In this document: positions 24,172 through 37,223 of the stretch, in pieces
How the letters are laid out: each line of letters starts with the position of its first letter
Numbering within the stretch: the first letter of the stretch is position 1
Origin: Moniliella sp. 'wahieum'
Lineage: Eukaryota
Direction: 5' to 3'
Assembly (NCBI GenBank): GCA_003971905.1
Contig: RSEE01000061.1
Location: 124,001 to 188,000 of the forward strand
DNA: 64,000 nucleotides
Position numbers and translations under genes: made by a program
The notes under the pieces: generated by a model
Database searches by the model: none
What the model was told of the DNA's origin: nothing
What the model saw: only the letters and a program-made list of their open reading frames with translations

Positions 24172-25699
24172 CGTCGGCGGTAATGTCGTCGAAGGCGTCG
24201 TCGGGGCAGGCTCCACCACTTCCAACGTTGCGTTCGGGTGGCAGTCGCTGGCCAGCTCGGCCAAGGCGGGGATACTGCCCCCATGCCAAGTCCAAAGCTG
24301 ATGTAATACGATGAGAAATCCAATTCGGTCTTGGGAGCAAATTCATTTTTGCCCATTGAAGGTCTGGCTTGCAATAAATAACACGCTTGCGGTAGTTAAC
24401 TGTACGATGCCCACATCGACAGGCTCCTACATCTCCGTTCCCTACACCGAACCCACTGCCATTGGAGGTAGATACTTAGTTACTAGTCATCTAGGATGAA
24501 CCAATGGCATCCGTCCAATTTACCATCCAATTAACCGCGCCGTCGCGCCAGGCTGTGAGCCCAAGCAGATGGTGGGCAAAAATTGTTTGGCCTTCGTGCT
24601 CACGGAAAAGTCAGGCCCCCCGCGCGGTGGGTTGGCCGGATCTGAGAACCATAAACAGGGGGTTGCCCCTGCTCTCCCCCTATCTGGTCGACCTGAACCC
24701 CTCTGATGTGGATTGTTGGTAGAGTTCTTAACAGCAAAAAGTGAGAGGAAAAAGGTGCGTGAATATTCCCTTTTTCTTGCAAGTAAAACCGCAATGCTTG
24801 TTACAGATTGAAGGACAGAGAGGGAGAGGGACACTATCGCTAACAATACGAAGGGGGAAGAGCGGAGCCCGAGCGCATCAGACACAATTGCTGCAATCAA
24901 TCGTATCCAGTATGACGCTTTAAGAGTCAACCCAGAGCCTGCTCAAGAATGTCAGACTTTACTGCGCTCGGGTCGCCGTGGGTACCGTCGAACGGTTACA
25001 ACAGCTTCTGGCTAGTAGCTTGTAATTAACACGAGATCGGCTGCGTGGATTTGGGGATGGAACTATGATGGGCATAGGCCACTGCAACATCGATGTGTTT
25101 GACAGTTCCGCGTGCAATGTCTGTTTCTACTCGTACCAGACATGTACTCGTCGGCTCCGTAAATGTTGGTCGGTTGAACAATGGTTGTATAGGTCCACGG
25201 GCATGCCGCTCCTTCCCGGAACAATTTCTGCATACAATTCATTGCTCGCGGCCTTGATTCCCCCAAGTCTGCTAACAGAAAAGCAAGCGACTATAACCCC
25301 TTGTAGAATGTCAATGGCGGTGAACTGCAGACGAAAATGATCTACATCTTTGATGTCGATCGCTCCCGCACTCTTCCAACGCCCAAACCTGGAACTATGT
25401 CAAGGGAACTGCATCGGCACTGCTTCCGCAAACCAGTGTGACGTACCCTAGTGCGTATATATGAGCTGGTCAAAGCCCTCGTCACGCTGCATTATGTCTT
25501 CGCACACAAATAGAGCCAGGGTAAACTCATTTCATTGTTGCATACATGTTCGAGCCACATCATGTAAGACCCTTCTTTCTTGTCTTTTCTTGGGCTGCTC
25601 TCCACTATACCGCCCAGCATCTCGCCTCGATCACCTAAGGGAAAGCCAAAAGGAAAGCACATGATTGATGTACAGATGGTGTGGTAGGAAGAGGATGCG

Positions 25700-26354
25700 T
25701 CACCTCTTCTTTGTTGAGCCAAACGAACCGAAGCCCAACATGGCCATCGCATCCTGATCCTCTCTCCTTTTTGGCAGTTTCTGCGGCCTTCCGGGCCTCG
25801 ATTTTAGCTTGATGCCGAGCCTCGCGTCGCTTGCGTTTCTGATTCGCATACTGCTCGGCAATGGCCTGAATGCGTTTGTCAAAGTCGTACCGCTGGGACT
25901 TGGTGAGGAGTCGGCGCGTGACGCCTTGCGCCTCAGCTGGTGCCAATCGGTCCCTGAGCACGGCCAATTTTGCTCGTACATCCTCCAACGTTGCCCTGCG
26001 CACCTGGGTCGTCTGCCCCAGCTGCCGAAGATGGTGCCGCCCATTGACGTGGTCCAACCACCGGGCTGAATCTTTGCACTGCACATTGCACATCGCACAG
26101 TGCCATCCAGCCCCGCCCTTGCACCATCATCGTCCGTCCCTCGTTCGCGTCCAGGTTCAGCCGCCCGCCGCTGCTGCAACGCTTCGCTCGCTTTAGGCAG
26201 TTTGGCGCGCGGACGCTTGCGCGGGCCGCCCGTCCTCCCCCTCCTTTGCATCTCGTCTCCCCTTGGACCCAGCTTCGGCTGTGCCTTTGGCGGGGGAGGC
26301 TGATCGTTTCTTGCTCAAAGGATCCTCAGGCCCAACAGGGCGTTGGTTTCCCAT
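25700..26354 (-). CDS. SNU23: U4/U6.U5 tri-snRNP matrin-type zinc-finger protein Snu23/ZMAT2, frameshifted
   Basis: CxxC..KDSARWLDHVNGRHH..LGQTTQVRRATLEDVRAKL, YDFDKRI, and C-terminal AMAMLGFGSFGSTKKR. The start is approximate. Confidence 0.85.
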
Positions 26355-29300
26355 TCGGGTTGGACAGGCAGTTGGCGAGGTGGTTCTAGCATTTCGCCAC
26401 ATCGGCACTGGCTTTGGCCTCTGAATCTGAGGCCCAGACTCTGACGTAACGAGGTTGTGTGCATTCAACTTGAACAATGAAACGTACAAAAGCATCAGAG
26501 GTGATGCGTGATTACAAGGTGATGTAAAATCAGGGCCGGCACCCCCAAAAATCATGATTGGTGCATCAAAAAGTGACTGCGCCCAGAATCGAACTGAGAA
26601 TAACAGACCTTGTGAAGCCGTATGATCGTGTTGCCACAATCTGTCGTGATACCTTTTCACCACGCAATCTTCTGCTGCGAACGGTCCCATAGCTCGTCCG
26701 GTCATATTTTCGATTCAAAACGACAACTACGACCGCTTTGAGATTTGATTCATCTCAGAGCTTGAGCCACAGCACTCTCGCGAAATGAAGCGAAATTGTT
26801 GGGACCATCCCCGCAGGCCCCAGCAGTGACCCAGCCCGTCCCTCCGCAAACTGTGTGCGCAACCGCAGGCGTAATCAGATACAGGGAGGATGCAGATGTT
26901 CCATCATACCGTCAGCAATAATCAATTTCCCTCGACCTCATCAACGTTCACGTTCAACGTTCAACTGAACAGTACGCACCCCTCCGCAAGTTGATGATAG
27001 TACTAGTAGGTTAGACCTTTTAGATCTTACTGACGAAAGAGTGGTGCCCACGGAATATCTCACACACACATCTGGATCTGTCACAACTCTTGCCCCGCAC
27101 GATAGTGCTGTGTCGCTACTATGCGGTCGCCAGCTCATTCCCTCTCTCTGCCCGCTTCTACGTGGCTCTGATATCTCCTCGTCTCCGCGTCCGGCTTAGA
27201 GCTACCTTGCAACCCTCCTCTGCACGTCACTGACGGGGGCTGAGGCGCTGAGGGCGCTGAGGCCGGAGGTCTCGTCTCGTCTGTACCCACACAGAAAAGA
27301 TAGATCCCATGCACACACTCTGTCTCAATCCATCTCCTCCGAACATTAACCGTAAACGTTAAACGTTAAAGGTTGAACCGCCGAGCTAGTGAGCGCTGAG
27401 CGCGCGCTGAGCAGACCTGGACTGAGCACCGCTCTATCCTTCTCTAGTATACACACAAAGTACTAAGTCTTTCGGGCAGTACTATTACAAGTAGTAACTA
27501 GTAACTACTTACCGGAGAAACGCGGTAACCGGTAACCAGTCAAGCTACAAGAGCTTCAAGCTTCGGGGCTTCAACCTATGGTTCGACGTTCAAGCAAGCC
27601 TCAGTCCTCAGAGACCTCACATCCTCAGAGACCTCTCAAGCCTCAATCAAGCCTCAGGCCTCAGGCTTCAGGGCCTCAGGGTGTCCTCTCTGGTCTGAGT
27701 TCCTAAGCCAGCCTCTGAGCTCTTGAAGCTGAAGGACATCTTAGGCATTGAACGCAATCGAAACCGGGTATATCTTTTTAGGCAGTACCTGGCGTCTGGG
27801 ATGGTCGATGGACTGCTGTGTGTCCATCAGATATGGCTCCCATTTGGACTCCTCGCCTCTGGTCCCTAGCCTGCCTTGGATTTAGCGTTATGCGTGACGA
27901 CGCCCCCCCGCCCTGCCGGGTTCCTAAGAGCGGCTTACGCGCTTACGTGGCACCCATTACGCGTTGATGAGTACACGCAGCAGTGGCAAACGCCTGGCTA
28001 CTACCGCAGACTATACCAACGCTGCGAACACCCTGGTTACATTGTTTCAGAAATCGCGGGGCAATGCGGGGATGAAACACAGAGCCAATGCGGCGGGTGT
28101 TCGACCAGGCCCTGCCGGCGACCAGGCTTTACCGGTACCTGCTCGTCCCTGCTCGCCCGGGCCTACCCTTCTCTACCCCCTACCCCCCCCCCAACCGCCG
28201 CAGCGGGGCCGCGGGATCGCCGGAGGCTGAGCGCCGAGGGGCGCTTGCTCAGATGATCGAGGAGCCTCATTGGCTGAGCCTCAAGCCTCAGTACCTCCGT
28301 GCCTCACCTCAGCGCCTCAGCGCTAAGATCGCTGCGAGGCCCTGCTGTGTGTTTTAACGCGGCGGGATGGCCGGGCCGGCGGTGGTGCACGCATGCACAG
28401 CAGCGCCCTCCCTGGCCGCCATTGGCGCCTCGGCGCCTCAACGCCGCAACTCTCATCAACTCCTGATCGCCTCATCGCCGCATCGCCTCTCTCCCTCACC
28501 GGCCACGCCCTCCGTATGACTATCGTCATGACCACAGCCAAATGTCCACTTGCTATTAGGATGGTGAAGTCGTGAGATATGAGCGCGTGGTTAGATCAGC
28601 CTTCGTGCCTCGGCTCCCCTGGGCCGCCGTCTGAGTTGGCTGGTGCAAGCCCGCCGTAGCACGAGCAGGCACTGCACCATTGTCGGAGACAGGTGTACGT
28701 ACATGGCCAGCTCGTACGCATGTGCTTTTGTGCAACGCGCACCCCCACACCTCCCCTCTCACATGCCACGTGTCACATGTCACACCCCCGCGCGGCCCCA
28801 TCTTAACCCGTCGTCTGCTGTCCAGCGGGTGCCTCGGCGGCCATAAAATGTTGGGAGGTTCCTGTATATCGCACACAGGCCCCCTGCCGCGTCGTCTGGG
28901 AGCGGTGGCCGATCATCGATCATCGACCATGGTGCCGATGATCGAAGAGGACCGGGGACCCCACAGCCGTCACCGCGTCACCATTATAGTTGCAACAGGA
29001 TGCATGATGCATGATATCGATATGCAATTCCTCCGGCCCCACGGCATCCTATCTTGTTTGGAGCATCTGCATTGTTTACGTGGTGGACCTCTTGCCTCTC
29101 CTGCAGATGGATGGAAGAGCCTAGCATCTCTATCGTCATAGAACCGGTGCGAGCTTCAAAGGCGCAAAGGCGGGAATATAGTCAGTTGGTCCTCCTTGGG
29201 TGGAAGGGGGTGCCAGGGGGCGCCAAGAAGGCGCGGCGGGCAGCGCGTTTCAGATGGAGTTCTAGCGGCGAACGCGGCTCCGCATCTTACTCTGGCCCGT

Positions 29301-30700
29301 AGGCAGGGCGCCAGTGGAGCTTAGAGGCCGGAGGGAAGGCGGGAGGTGTGTGTGCGGAAACGAGGCGACGTGGGGGCATGTGGGGAAAGGGGGTGCAAGG
29401 CAGAGTGTGTGAACACCAAGGGGCCTTGCAATCATCGATCCGCTGTTGTTCTGTGCAAGTGACTTGAGGCAGTGACATGTGGCATGTGAGGTGAATATAA
29501 TGCTCCCGGGGGGCTTACTGGACTCATATCGACCCTACGATTGCGGTGGCGGCGCCTGTCCCCACGAGCTGCTACCCCGCGGGGGTTCCTGTTTGAACTC
29601 GTCGTCCGCCGATGGGCTGGGATCTGCTGGCACTGGCTACTGCTGGGGCCCCGTGCGGATATAGGATGTGCATGGTTTGCGTGATGGTTTGGGGCCGGGG
29701 TGATCGATCTATGGCCTCGATGATTGCTACTCTTCGCCGATCGATGAGTTCGATGGTGCCCTGTGCTGCGTGATGCATGATGCGGGGGCAGGGGCTGGGG
29801 CTGGGACTGGGGCGGCCGGGACCCGCTGTGGCATGCATGACAGGCTGTAGCCTGCGGTGGCACTGCTGTGGCAGGCTGTGGCCCCTCTGGAGAGCGCAGA
29901 AGGCACGCGGTCTGGCGCAATCTGTGAGTGCGGGGATTAGGCCTGGCCTTAGGCCTTAGGGCTTAGGGAGGGGGCGATTGAGCCAGGAGGGTGGCGTGGG
30001 GTGGCGATGGCTACGATGGAGAGAGGAACTGCTAGGAACCAGCGTTGGACCCGTGGGGGCCTTTAGCCGGGCCGGACACGAGGTGGCAAACGGGCAGTAG
30101 CGCACGAGAGTGGAGTGATTCATGGTGACTTGGCGCATCGCCCTGCCTACCGCCTACGTCCCCTAACGACAGCGGGGGGTGCGGCGTGTGCTGGGGCTGC
30201 TGCCGACCGGGTCGATGGTCGATGGTCGATGATCGATGATCGATGATCCCGGCCCCCGCGTCGGCGCGCGTATCGATTCTGCCGCGTTGGCCCTGGCGGG
30301 GCATGGGGCACGGGGCGTGTGTGCTGAGCGCGGGAGCTGGGCTGGGGCAGCGTCGCGTGCGAGGCGGAAGAGAGCGCTATCCTGCGCTTCGCCCCGCACG
30401 AGTGGGTCAGACTGGTGCCAGGCGGCGGATGTGTTGGTGCGAGACAGCCGCCGTGCGCCGGCGGATGCATGAGGCACGATGCATGATGCGCGTCCAAGCG
30501 GGCGCCGCTAGCACGACGGCCAGGATGCCTGCCTCGTCGCCGCCGGCGAGTCGTGTGCTGCGTGCTGCTGCGGCGGACCGCGTCCTCCGTCGGCGTCCTC
30601 CACGCCCCCGAGGCTGTGTCTGCCCAATCCCACAGTTCGCCCGCCTCGGCCCGACGGCGCATGCGGGCAGGCCGCTGCGGAGATGCGTCGGCCGCAGGCA

Positions 30701-30708
30701 TATATAAA
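30701..30708 (+). promoter_or_regulatory. TATA box of the sugar transporter
   Basis: TATATAAA about 165 bp upstream of ATG 30868, followed by a CT-rich leader. Confidence 0.55.
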
Positions 30709-30867
30709 CTCAATGCGCCCGCCGCCAGGGTGCTCGCCCCCTCCACCCACCCGCCTCTCTCCCATCTCGATCCTGCGAGCCTCTGTTCTTTACCCCACCC
30801 CTCTCTCGGCTCCAGCAGCCCACCTTCGTGAACCCTCTCGCAACCCCCCTCCTCCGTCCTGCCCGTC

Positions 30868-33007
30868 ATGTTTGGGTTTGGCAGCAAGAAGTCTGCCCCT
30901 CCTGCTGAGGAGTGGACAGGCCGCAAGTACATGGGCCTCTCCGGCCCCAAGCTCAGCCGCATGATTGGAGTTGCCAGTGGCGCTGGCTTCCTACTCTTTG
31001 GCTACGATCAGGGTGTGATGGGATCCCTCCTCACCCTCAATGTCTTTAGGCACCAGTTTCCCCAAATCGATACACTGGTCCACTCTACAACGAGCACAAG
31101 GCGGTTATGCAAGGCGTACGTATCAGCTTCATTCCGTGCCAAGATGGGTGGGCTAACGCTGTGTGGTTTTGCAGACGGTCATTAGTATTTACGAGATTGG
31201 GTGCATGGTGGGCGCGCTCCGTGCATGTACCTCGGTGACAAGCTTGGGCGGCGCAAGGTTATCTACATTGGCGTCATCTGGATGGTTATTGGCACTATTC
31301 TACAGTGTACCTCCTTTGGCATCACTCAGCTGGCCATCGCCCGAGTCGTAACGGGCATTGGTAACGGCATGAATACGGCGACTATTCCAACTTGGCAATC
31401 CGAATGTTCCCCAGCTCACTTGCGGGGCAAACTCATCATGGTCGAGGGCGCCCTCATCACGGGAGGAATCATGACCAGTGCGTCTTCCTCCCAGTGTTAC
31501 GGGTCTTTGGATTGATACTGACGTCCTCCGCAGGCTACTGGATCGACTTTGCCTTTACTGGATTGAAAGGAATGGCGCGCCTCATCCCCAAGCAGCTTGG
31601 CGTGTGCCCATTGCGCTCCAGATTCTGCTCTGCATCCCGACTGCGGTTTGACGATCAGATGTCCCGAAAGTCCTCGTTGGCTCATGCTACGCGGTCGGGA
31701 ATCCGAGGCCAGGGAGGTGATGAGTTTTGGAGGAGCTGCCTCCCGACCACCCTGATATCACGCTCAAAGTGAATGAGATGAAGGAATCGCTGGCCGCAGT
31801 GCAGAAAACAACTCTCGCCGACCTGTTTACCAATGGCCACAATCGTAACTTCCACCGTGTGTGCCTCGGTGCTTGGTCTCAATGGGCCCAACAGGTGTGT
31901 AACCCGCTCTTTGTTTACTACCGATTTTGATCTGTGGTGATTCATGGTTTTCATGAGTCACTAGACCATCAATTGGCACTCCCATCCTAAGGCGCACTCT
32001 GACCTTCTCTCTTTTTCTGTTCGTAGCTGACGGGGATCAACCTCATCACATACTACGCTGGCACGATCTTCCAAAACAACTTGGGCTTCCATTCCATGGT
32101 TGCGCGTGTTATGGCTGCTGCCAACGGAACCGAGTACTTTGCTGCTTCGTGGATTGCTGTCTGGCTCGTGGAGCGTGCCGGACGTCGCCCCTCATGCTCT
32201 TCGGTGCCGCTGGCCAGTGCTTGACCATGATGGTCCTGACCATCACCAATGCGCCCAGTGTAACCCATGAAAAAATGAAGAGTGATGGTGTTAAGGGAGG
32301 CACCAACACCGGCGCCGCCGTAGTAGCCACGGTCTGCCTCTTCCTTTTCAATACTTCTTTGCCATTGGTTGGCTGGGTATGACCTGGCTTACTCCAGCCG
32401 AGATGACGCCTCTTAACATTCGTGCAGCGGCAAATGGAGTATGTATCTCTTGTTTTCTGTTCGGAATGCTTGAAAAGCCAAAGCATGGTGAGCATGTACT
32501 GACTCGTGCTCCCACAGATCTCCACAGCGTCCAACTGGGTCAGCAACTTCCTCATTGTTATGGTATGTCCTCATCTCCCTTCTCTCGTCCATTCAGCATA
32601 GTGACTAACTATGTCTTTCTTAGATCACGCCCATTGCGTTCCACAACATCAAAAATTACACTTACACCATCTTTGTGGCACTCAACGCCGTTATCTTCAT
32701 CGTGACCTACTTCACCATCCCCGAGACGGCGGGTCGCTCTCTGGAGGAGATGGATGACATTTTCGCCGCCTCGTCCAAGACGAATCCATTTGATGTGGTA
32801 CTGGTGGAGCGTCGCACGCCGCGTCGGTACGATGCACATGGCAATATCATTGCCCTTCACCCTACCGACCCCGAGACGGCTTTGGGGACGGAAGGGCTGG
32901 GCACCAGGAGCTTGGAGGATGAAGCCCAACGCGCCTCGCTGCCTGATGAGAAGACCAAGCCGGAGGCGGTGCAGCTTCACACGGAGACGAGTCCGGTGTT
33001 GGACTAA
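30868..33007 (+). CDS. MFS sugar porter, STL1-like (polyol/sugar:H+ symporter); about 5 introns plus indels
   Basis: GFLLFGYDQGVMGSLLT, GDKLGRRK, ARVVTGIGNGMNTATIPTWQSEC, PESPRWL, QQ..GINLITYYA, IPETAGRSLEEMDDIF. Introns at about 31116-31174, 31478-31533, 31894-32026, 32439-32517 and 32563-32622. Confidence 0.9.
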
Positions 33008-34336
33008 ATCTCCCTTTTGGTCCATATAAGGTTCCCCAAAATCCACGCCCGTCCCATCTTTTCCCTTCATCTCTGATCCATCACTCCGACAGCCTGCGCT
33101 GACGGGTACGGTGAAGAGATGGAGGATGCCCATACCCTATCGTTTCCCTTTACGTCCCTGATCACTCTCTTCTTTCCTCCTGTAATTAGCTACGGCTCGA
33201 AACGTATTGAGTGCGTACAGCTTCGTTTACGCACCCTAATCATCTTGTTCGCAATAGGAGTAGCGGGAGAGGCCTCACCCTCTGCTTGTTGCTCCCATAT
33301 CTTCATCAAGTTGTCTTTTTTCTTGTATCTCCACCACCTCTAGTACATATATGGTGTGGCTGGTTCTTCCACACAGATCATTTTTGACGGCAAGGATGTC
33401 CCACGGACTACTCCTGCTTGATTGGCCTATCGCATGCATATGCCCACCTGATGGAAGAGGGAGTAGCTTGAGCGGATATGGACGTTGCAGTGACGCGTAG
33501 ACGATTGCTTTTCTCTATAGTTTTTTTTATGGAACAGACCCCGTTGGGGCAACTGAGTTATAGCCGCAAGCCACTGTATTTCCAGTGCATCTACGCCTTC
33601 CTTTTTGAGCTCTTGTGTTTGCTTCCTCCTCGTGTCTTCTCTCCACGTCCTACACCGTATTGGGACCCGCGGTCCCGTACATATAGGCCAAGGCGCCTGA
33701 TCACCCTTCGCCCCTGATTTGACTCCGAAGCCTCCACGTGTACTCAGGCTTGTTTGAACCTCTGTCTCCTCTAGATGTGGCATATGGCTTAGACTTAACG
33801 ACCACCATCGCGAGGCATTGCTCTCATTTCCAGAGAGGTTCTTGATGAGGAGACCTGGAGACCAGATGGTCCTCGAGGGTGATGCAATCGCACTGGTGGT
33901 GGTGGTGGTCTAAGCCAACCAGCAACGCCTACTCAGAGGAACATCAAGCAGCGAGTCGCCACCAGGGGCTAAGCTGCGGAACAAGGAAGAACAGGAGAGA
34001 AAACAACGGGGAACTCCCAGGCCTGAGGAGGAACTAAAGGGACATTGGCCAAAGCACGAGCCACCTGATGGCTCAACAGCTCCACCCAACCCCTTGGGTT
34101 CCTCCGGTCTTACACACCGTTTCCCCTCGATACTCATTCGTTCAACTGTGGGTGTTCACTGATGTTCACCTCCGTCGTCGTGATCATCGATCAGCGCCCT
34201 ACTAGGTCTATTCTTTTCCACAGCGGGGCGTGCCATCTGTTATGGCGGCCGGTGTTGGGTCTCTGCGCAACAAGGCACCTTCATTCGAACGTTCAATATC
34301 AATTGAACTTAACTCGAACGAACAGCGATTGTCCGG

Positions 34337-35544
34337 GTGCTTACGTACTACCGGTCGTACGGCGGAGACAGCAGACACAGCTCGCATGCGCCACAGGCAG
34401 ACGATCTCCCGCACTTGAGACAATCCGCCACTCGTTCCCCGTCACCACCACCTCTGCCTCTGCGCCATGTCCGCCGACCCCCGACGCTGGCTAGTCCCGA
34501 CTCAGTTCAGGGCGAGGCGCCCAGAGCGACACGCAACACGGGTGCCAAGGGCGTACTGGCCGACCAACGTGCCGCAGCACTGGCTGCTCGCCAGGCCCAC
34601 GCTGCGGCTGTGGCCCAGGAAACCGACCGCCTGGAGCGAGCTGCGCTGAACACCCAAACATGGGATCAGGAGGAGCGGCAGCGTGCTGCAGAGGATGCAC
34701 TTGCTGCTCCCCGGAGGAGATCTTCGTCGCTGCCTCGGGCTGACTCCTCGGACGAGGAGAACGAGGACGTAGATTTTCTCTTGGCCCGAGAGGCGCATCG
34801 GTCCCAACGATTGGCTGAGCTTCGTGGTCAGGAAGGCGGTCCCTCGACCCGGTCCTCGCTTTGGTTTGGCCATTTGAGGGAAATCGAACCGCTGAGCTAT
34901 GCGGATACGATCGACAATACCCACCCGGATGTGACAGTGGTCATTCATCTCTACTCAAGGGTACGTTACTCCCTACTCGCATCGCAACGTGCTCCAAACA
35001 GTACGATATTACCTTGCTCGACAGCGCGCTCCACTCTGTCGACACCTCTCTGCCGTTCTTGCCTCGCTTGCACGGCAGTACCCCACCGTCCGATTCCTCC
35101 AGGTCAATGCGGCCGGTTGGGATTTGGGTTTCCTCCACCTCGGGCTGCTGCACGACCGGCCGGACCCAGCGGGTGAAGACGAGGAAGGGGACGACTACGA
35201 CGACTTGATACCCGCCTGCTCAAGGCCGAGCAGGAGTCGGCCGATGTGACCCCCACCATGCTTGTCTACCGTGCCGGCGAGCTGATCCAACCTCGTCCGT
35301 GTCGATTTGGAGCCCGATTGGGGGATGGGGAAAGAATCGGACGTACGGACACTGTTACTCAAGTGGGTCCACCCTTCCTAGAGGTTGGAGGACAAGTAGC
35401 TGACCTTCCCTTTTGATCATCAGTCGAGATGTCTTGCGCGACCCAGACGAGGCAGAGGGGATCAACCTTGAACTGAACAGACCAGGGCCGGGACTGCAAG
35501 GAGCGGATGTGCAATGTCGTCGACTGTGCGTGTCTGGGCAGTGA
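34337..35544 (+). CDS. Phosducin-like protein (thioredoxin fold), frameshifted
   Basis: NTGAKGVLAD, RLAELR..FGHLREI..YADTID..VTVVIHLY, LASLARQYPTVRFLQVNA, PTMLVYRAGEL. Probable introns near 34960 and 35363-35423. Both ends are approximate. Confidence 0.8.
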
Positions 35545-37144
35545 CTTCTCAGTCTCCGTGTGACCCTCTACACTCGACTCTTAAGCGCCAGGGAGTTGGT
35601 ACCTTTTTTGTCGGGAGGTGGGGCGCGGGGGTGGGGTGTGAACGTTGAACGTTAAACGGTGAACGGGTGAACGTTGAACCGGGTCATAAGTGAACGTGGC
35701 AAACCAATGTGCCATCTTTCATGCACTCCCCCAGCTAACACGATCTCTTGGCTCGTATGTGATACCAGCCGCCTGACGTCACATTCACATGGCAACACGT
35801 CGCGGTGCATTTCCTGGGGTCGATCTTCAAGCTCTTCAAGCTTCCAGCTTCGACCTGCAACCTCACTAATCTAATTTGTACACACTCGGAGCAGGCTGCA
35901 GACGCGAAAGTCCCATTGTCGATAGGCCGGCCGGCCAGTAACCCACCACAAACCCAAGCGAAAAAGATTCGGAATGATTAATTAGGCGTTGGACGATCAA
36001 TCTACCCTGCGCCCTGTTCTACCTCCCTGGCCTGCTGCCCCCGTCCCCTCTCCCCGTCCTGTGCTACGCGTGCGACATTAAGGATGTATGTACGTGGAGA
36101 CGACGAGTCCGGAGGCGCACCAAGAATGCTGAGCATCAGAGATTGAGAGGACGGTTTGCCTTCGTAGTCATAAAAAAAACTCGGAGATTAAGAGGTGCCA
36201 GTTGAAGCTGTGGAGTGTAGTAGCGCGTGTGTGGAGCGGAAGAGGCGAAGAGGCGGAGAGGCGCGCACGCTCGCTTTGGCTGAACCTGAACGTTCAGCTG
36301 AACCAATGTTTTTGAGTTGACCGACCCACGACGTCATCATGACGCATGCCGTGCGGCCAGTGTCGTGAAGCCAGCCTGGGGCCTGCGGACAGTAGAAGTA
36401 TGGAATCCTGATTGCTCTTAGAGCTTTGCGGTTCCAGAGCTTTCTCGATCCTCAAACTTCGATCCCCCGAAGATGAAATCGGTGATGTCGATCATGATCG
36501 ATGGATGAGATCTCCAACCAGATCGAGCAGGTTTTATTGTAATGCCCACACACCACAGCTGCTGCTTTTGGCCGCAGGCAGGCTTGCATGGGCGACAAGG
36601 AAATGTGGATGGGGGGAGTGAAGCCCAACAACCCGACTGATGGCATTCTTTGTGAGAGAAGGCGAGTGGGAGGACTGTGGAGGGACAGACAGACAGAAAG
36701 GCACCAGGTCGTATGTCGGAGAGGTTTTTTAATCTGAGAACCTCTTCTGCTGATGGAGAAAGGGCCCATGTGTGCATCGCGATCGAATAGCGACAATACT
36801 GAGAAACGTGTTCGACGCTGCGTTGTGGTGGCGGCTCGTGCCATGTCGATCCCGAGACGCCTGCACAGAGCTGCGTACGCAGCTGCTTCACACACAGGAT
36901 GGCCCTTCTGATCTCGGGTCCTCTGTTGTGCCTCGATGAGACCGAAACGAGACGATGACGGGGATGCCTGGTCTTTATGACCACATCTAGTAGGTGTGAA
37001 GTAAACGAGGCCTTGGATGCACTGACGTCATGGCCATCCAACACCGAAACGGAGCGGATGGCGATGCGGTCGATTGTGTGGGTGTGCTTCCGGATCGAAC
37101 ACGGGCAGGCGGTGAGGCGGGTGGCAACGCACAGGTTCTTTGTG

Positions 37145-37152
37145 TATAAATA
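37145..37152 (+). promoter_or_regulatory. TATA box
   Basis: TATAAATA about 80 bp upstream of ATG 37224, followed by a CT-rich leader. Confidence 0.6.
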
Positions 37153-37223
37153 TCCTCCCTGCTACTCTTGCCGTCTTGCTACCGACCTACCCAGCACCCT
37201 TCTTCATCTTTACTCCTTGCATC

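Noticed and set aside
26935..27740. Possible CRISPR array or cloning polylinker (many restriction-site-like palindromes)
   Set aside because: No constant repeat with unique spacers. The sites are tandemly reiterated, degenerate and recur throughout native intergenic DNA, unlike a vector multiple cloning site.
29938..29970. Two TTAGGG hexamers suggesting a telomeric repeat
   Set aside because: Only two non-contiguous copies, embedded in a TAGGCCT-type heptamer array; internal location.
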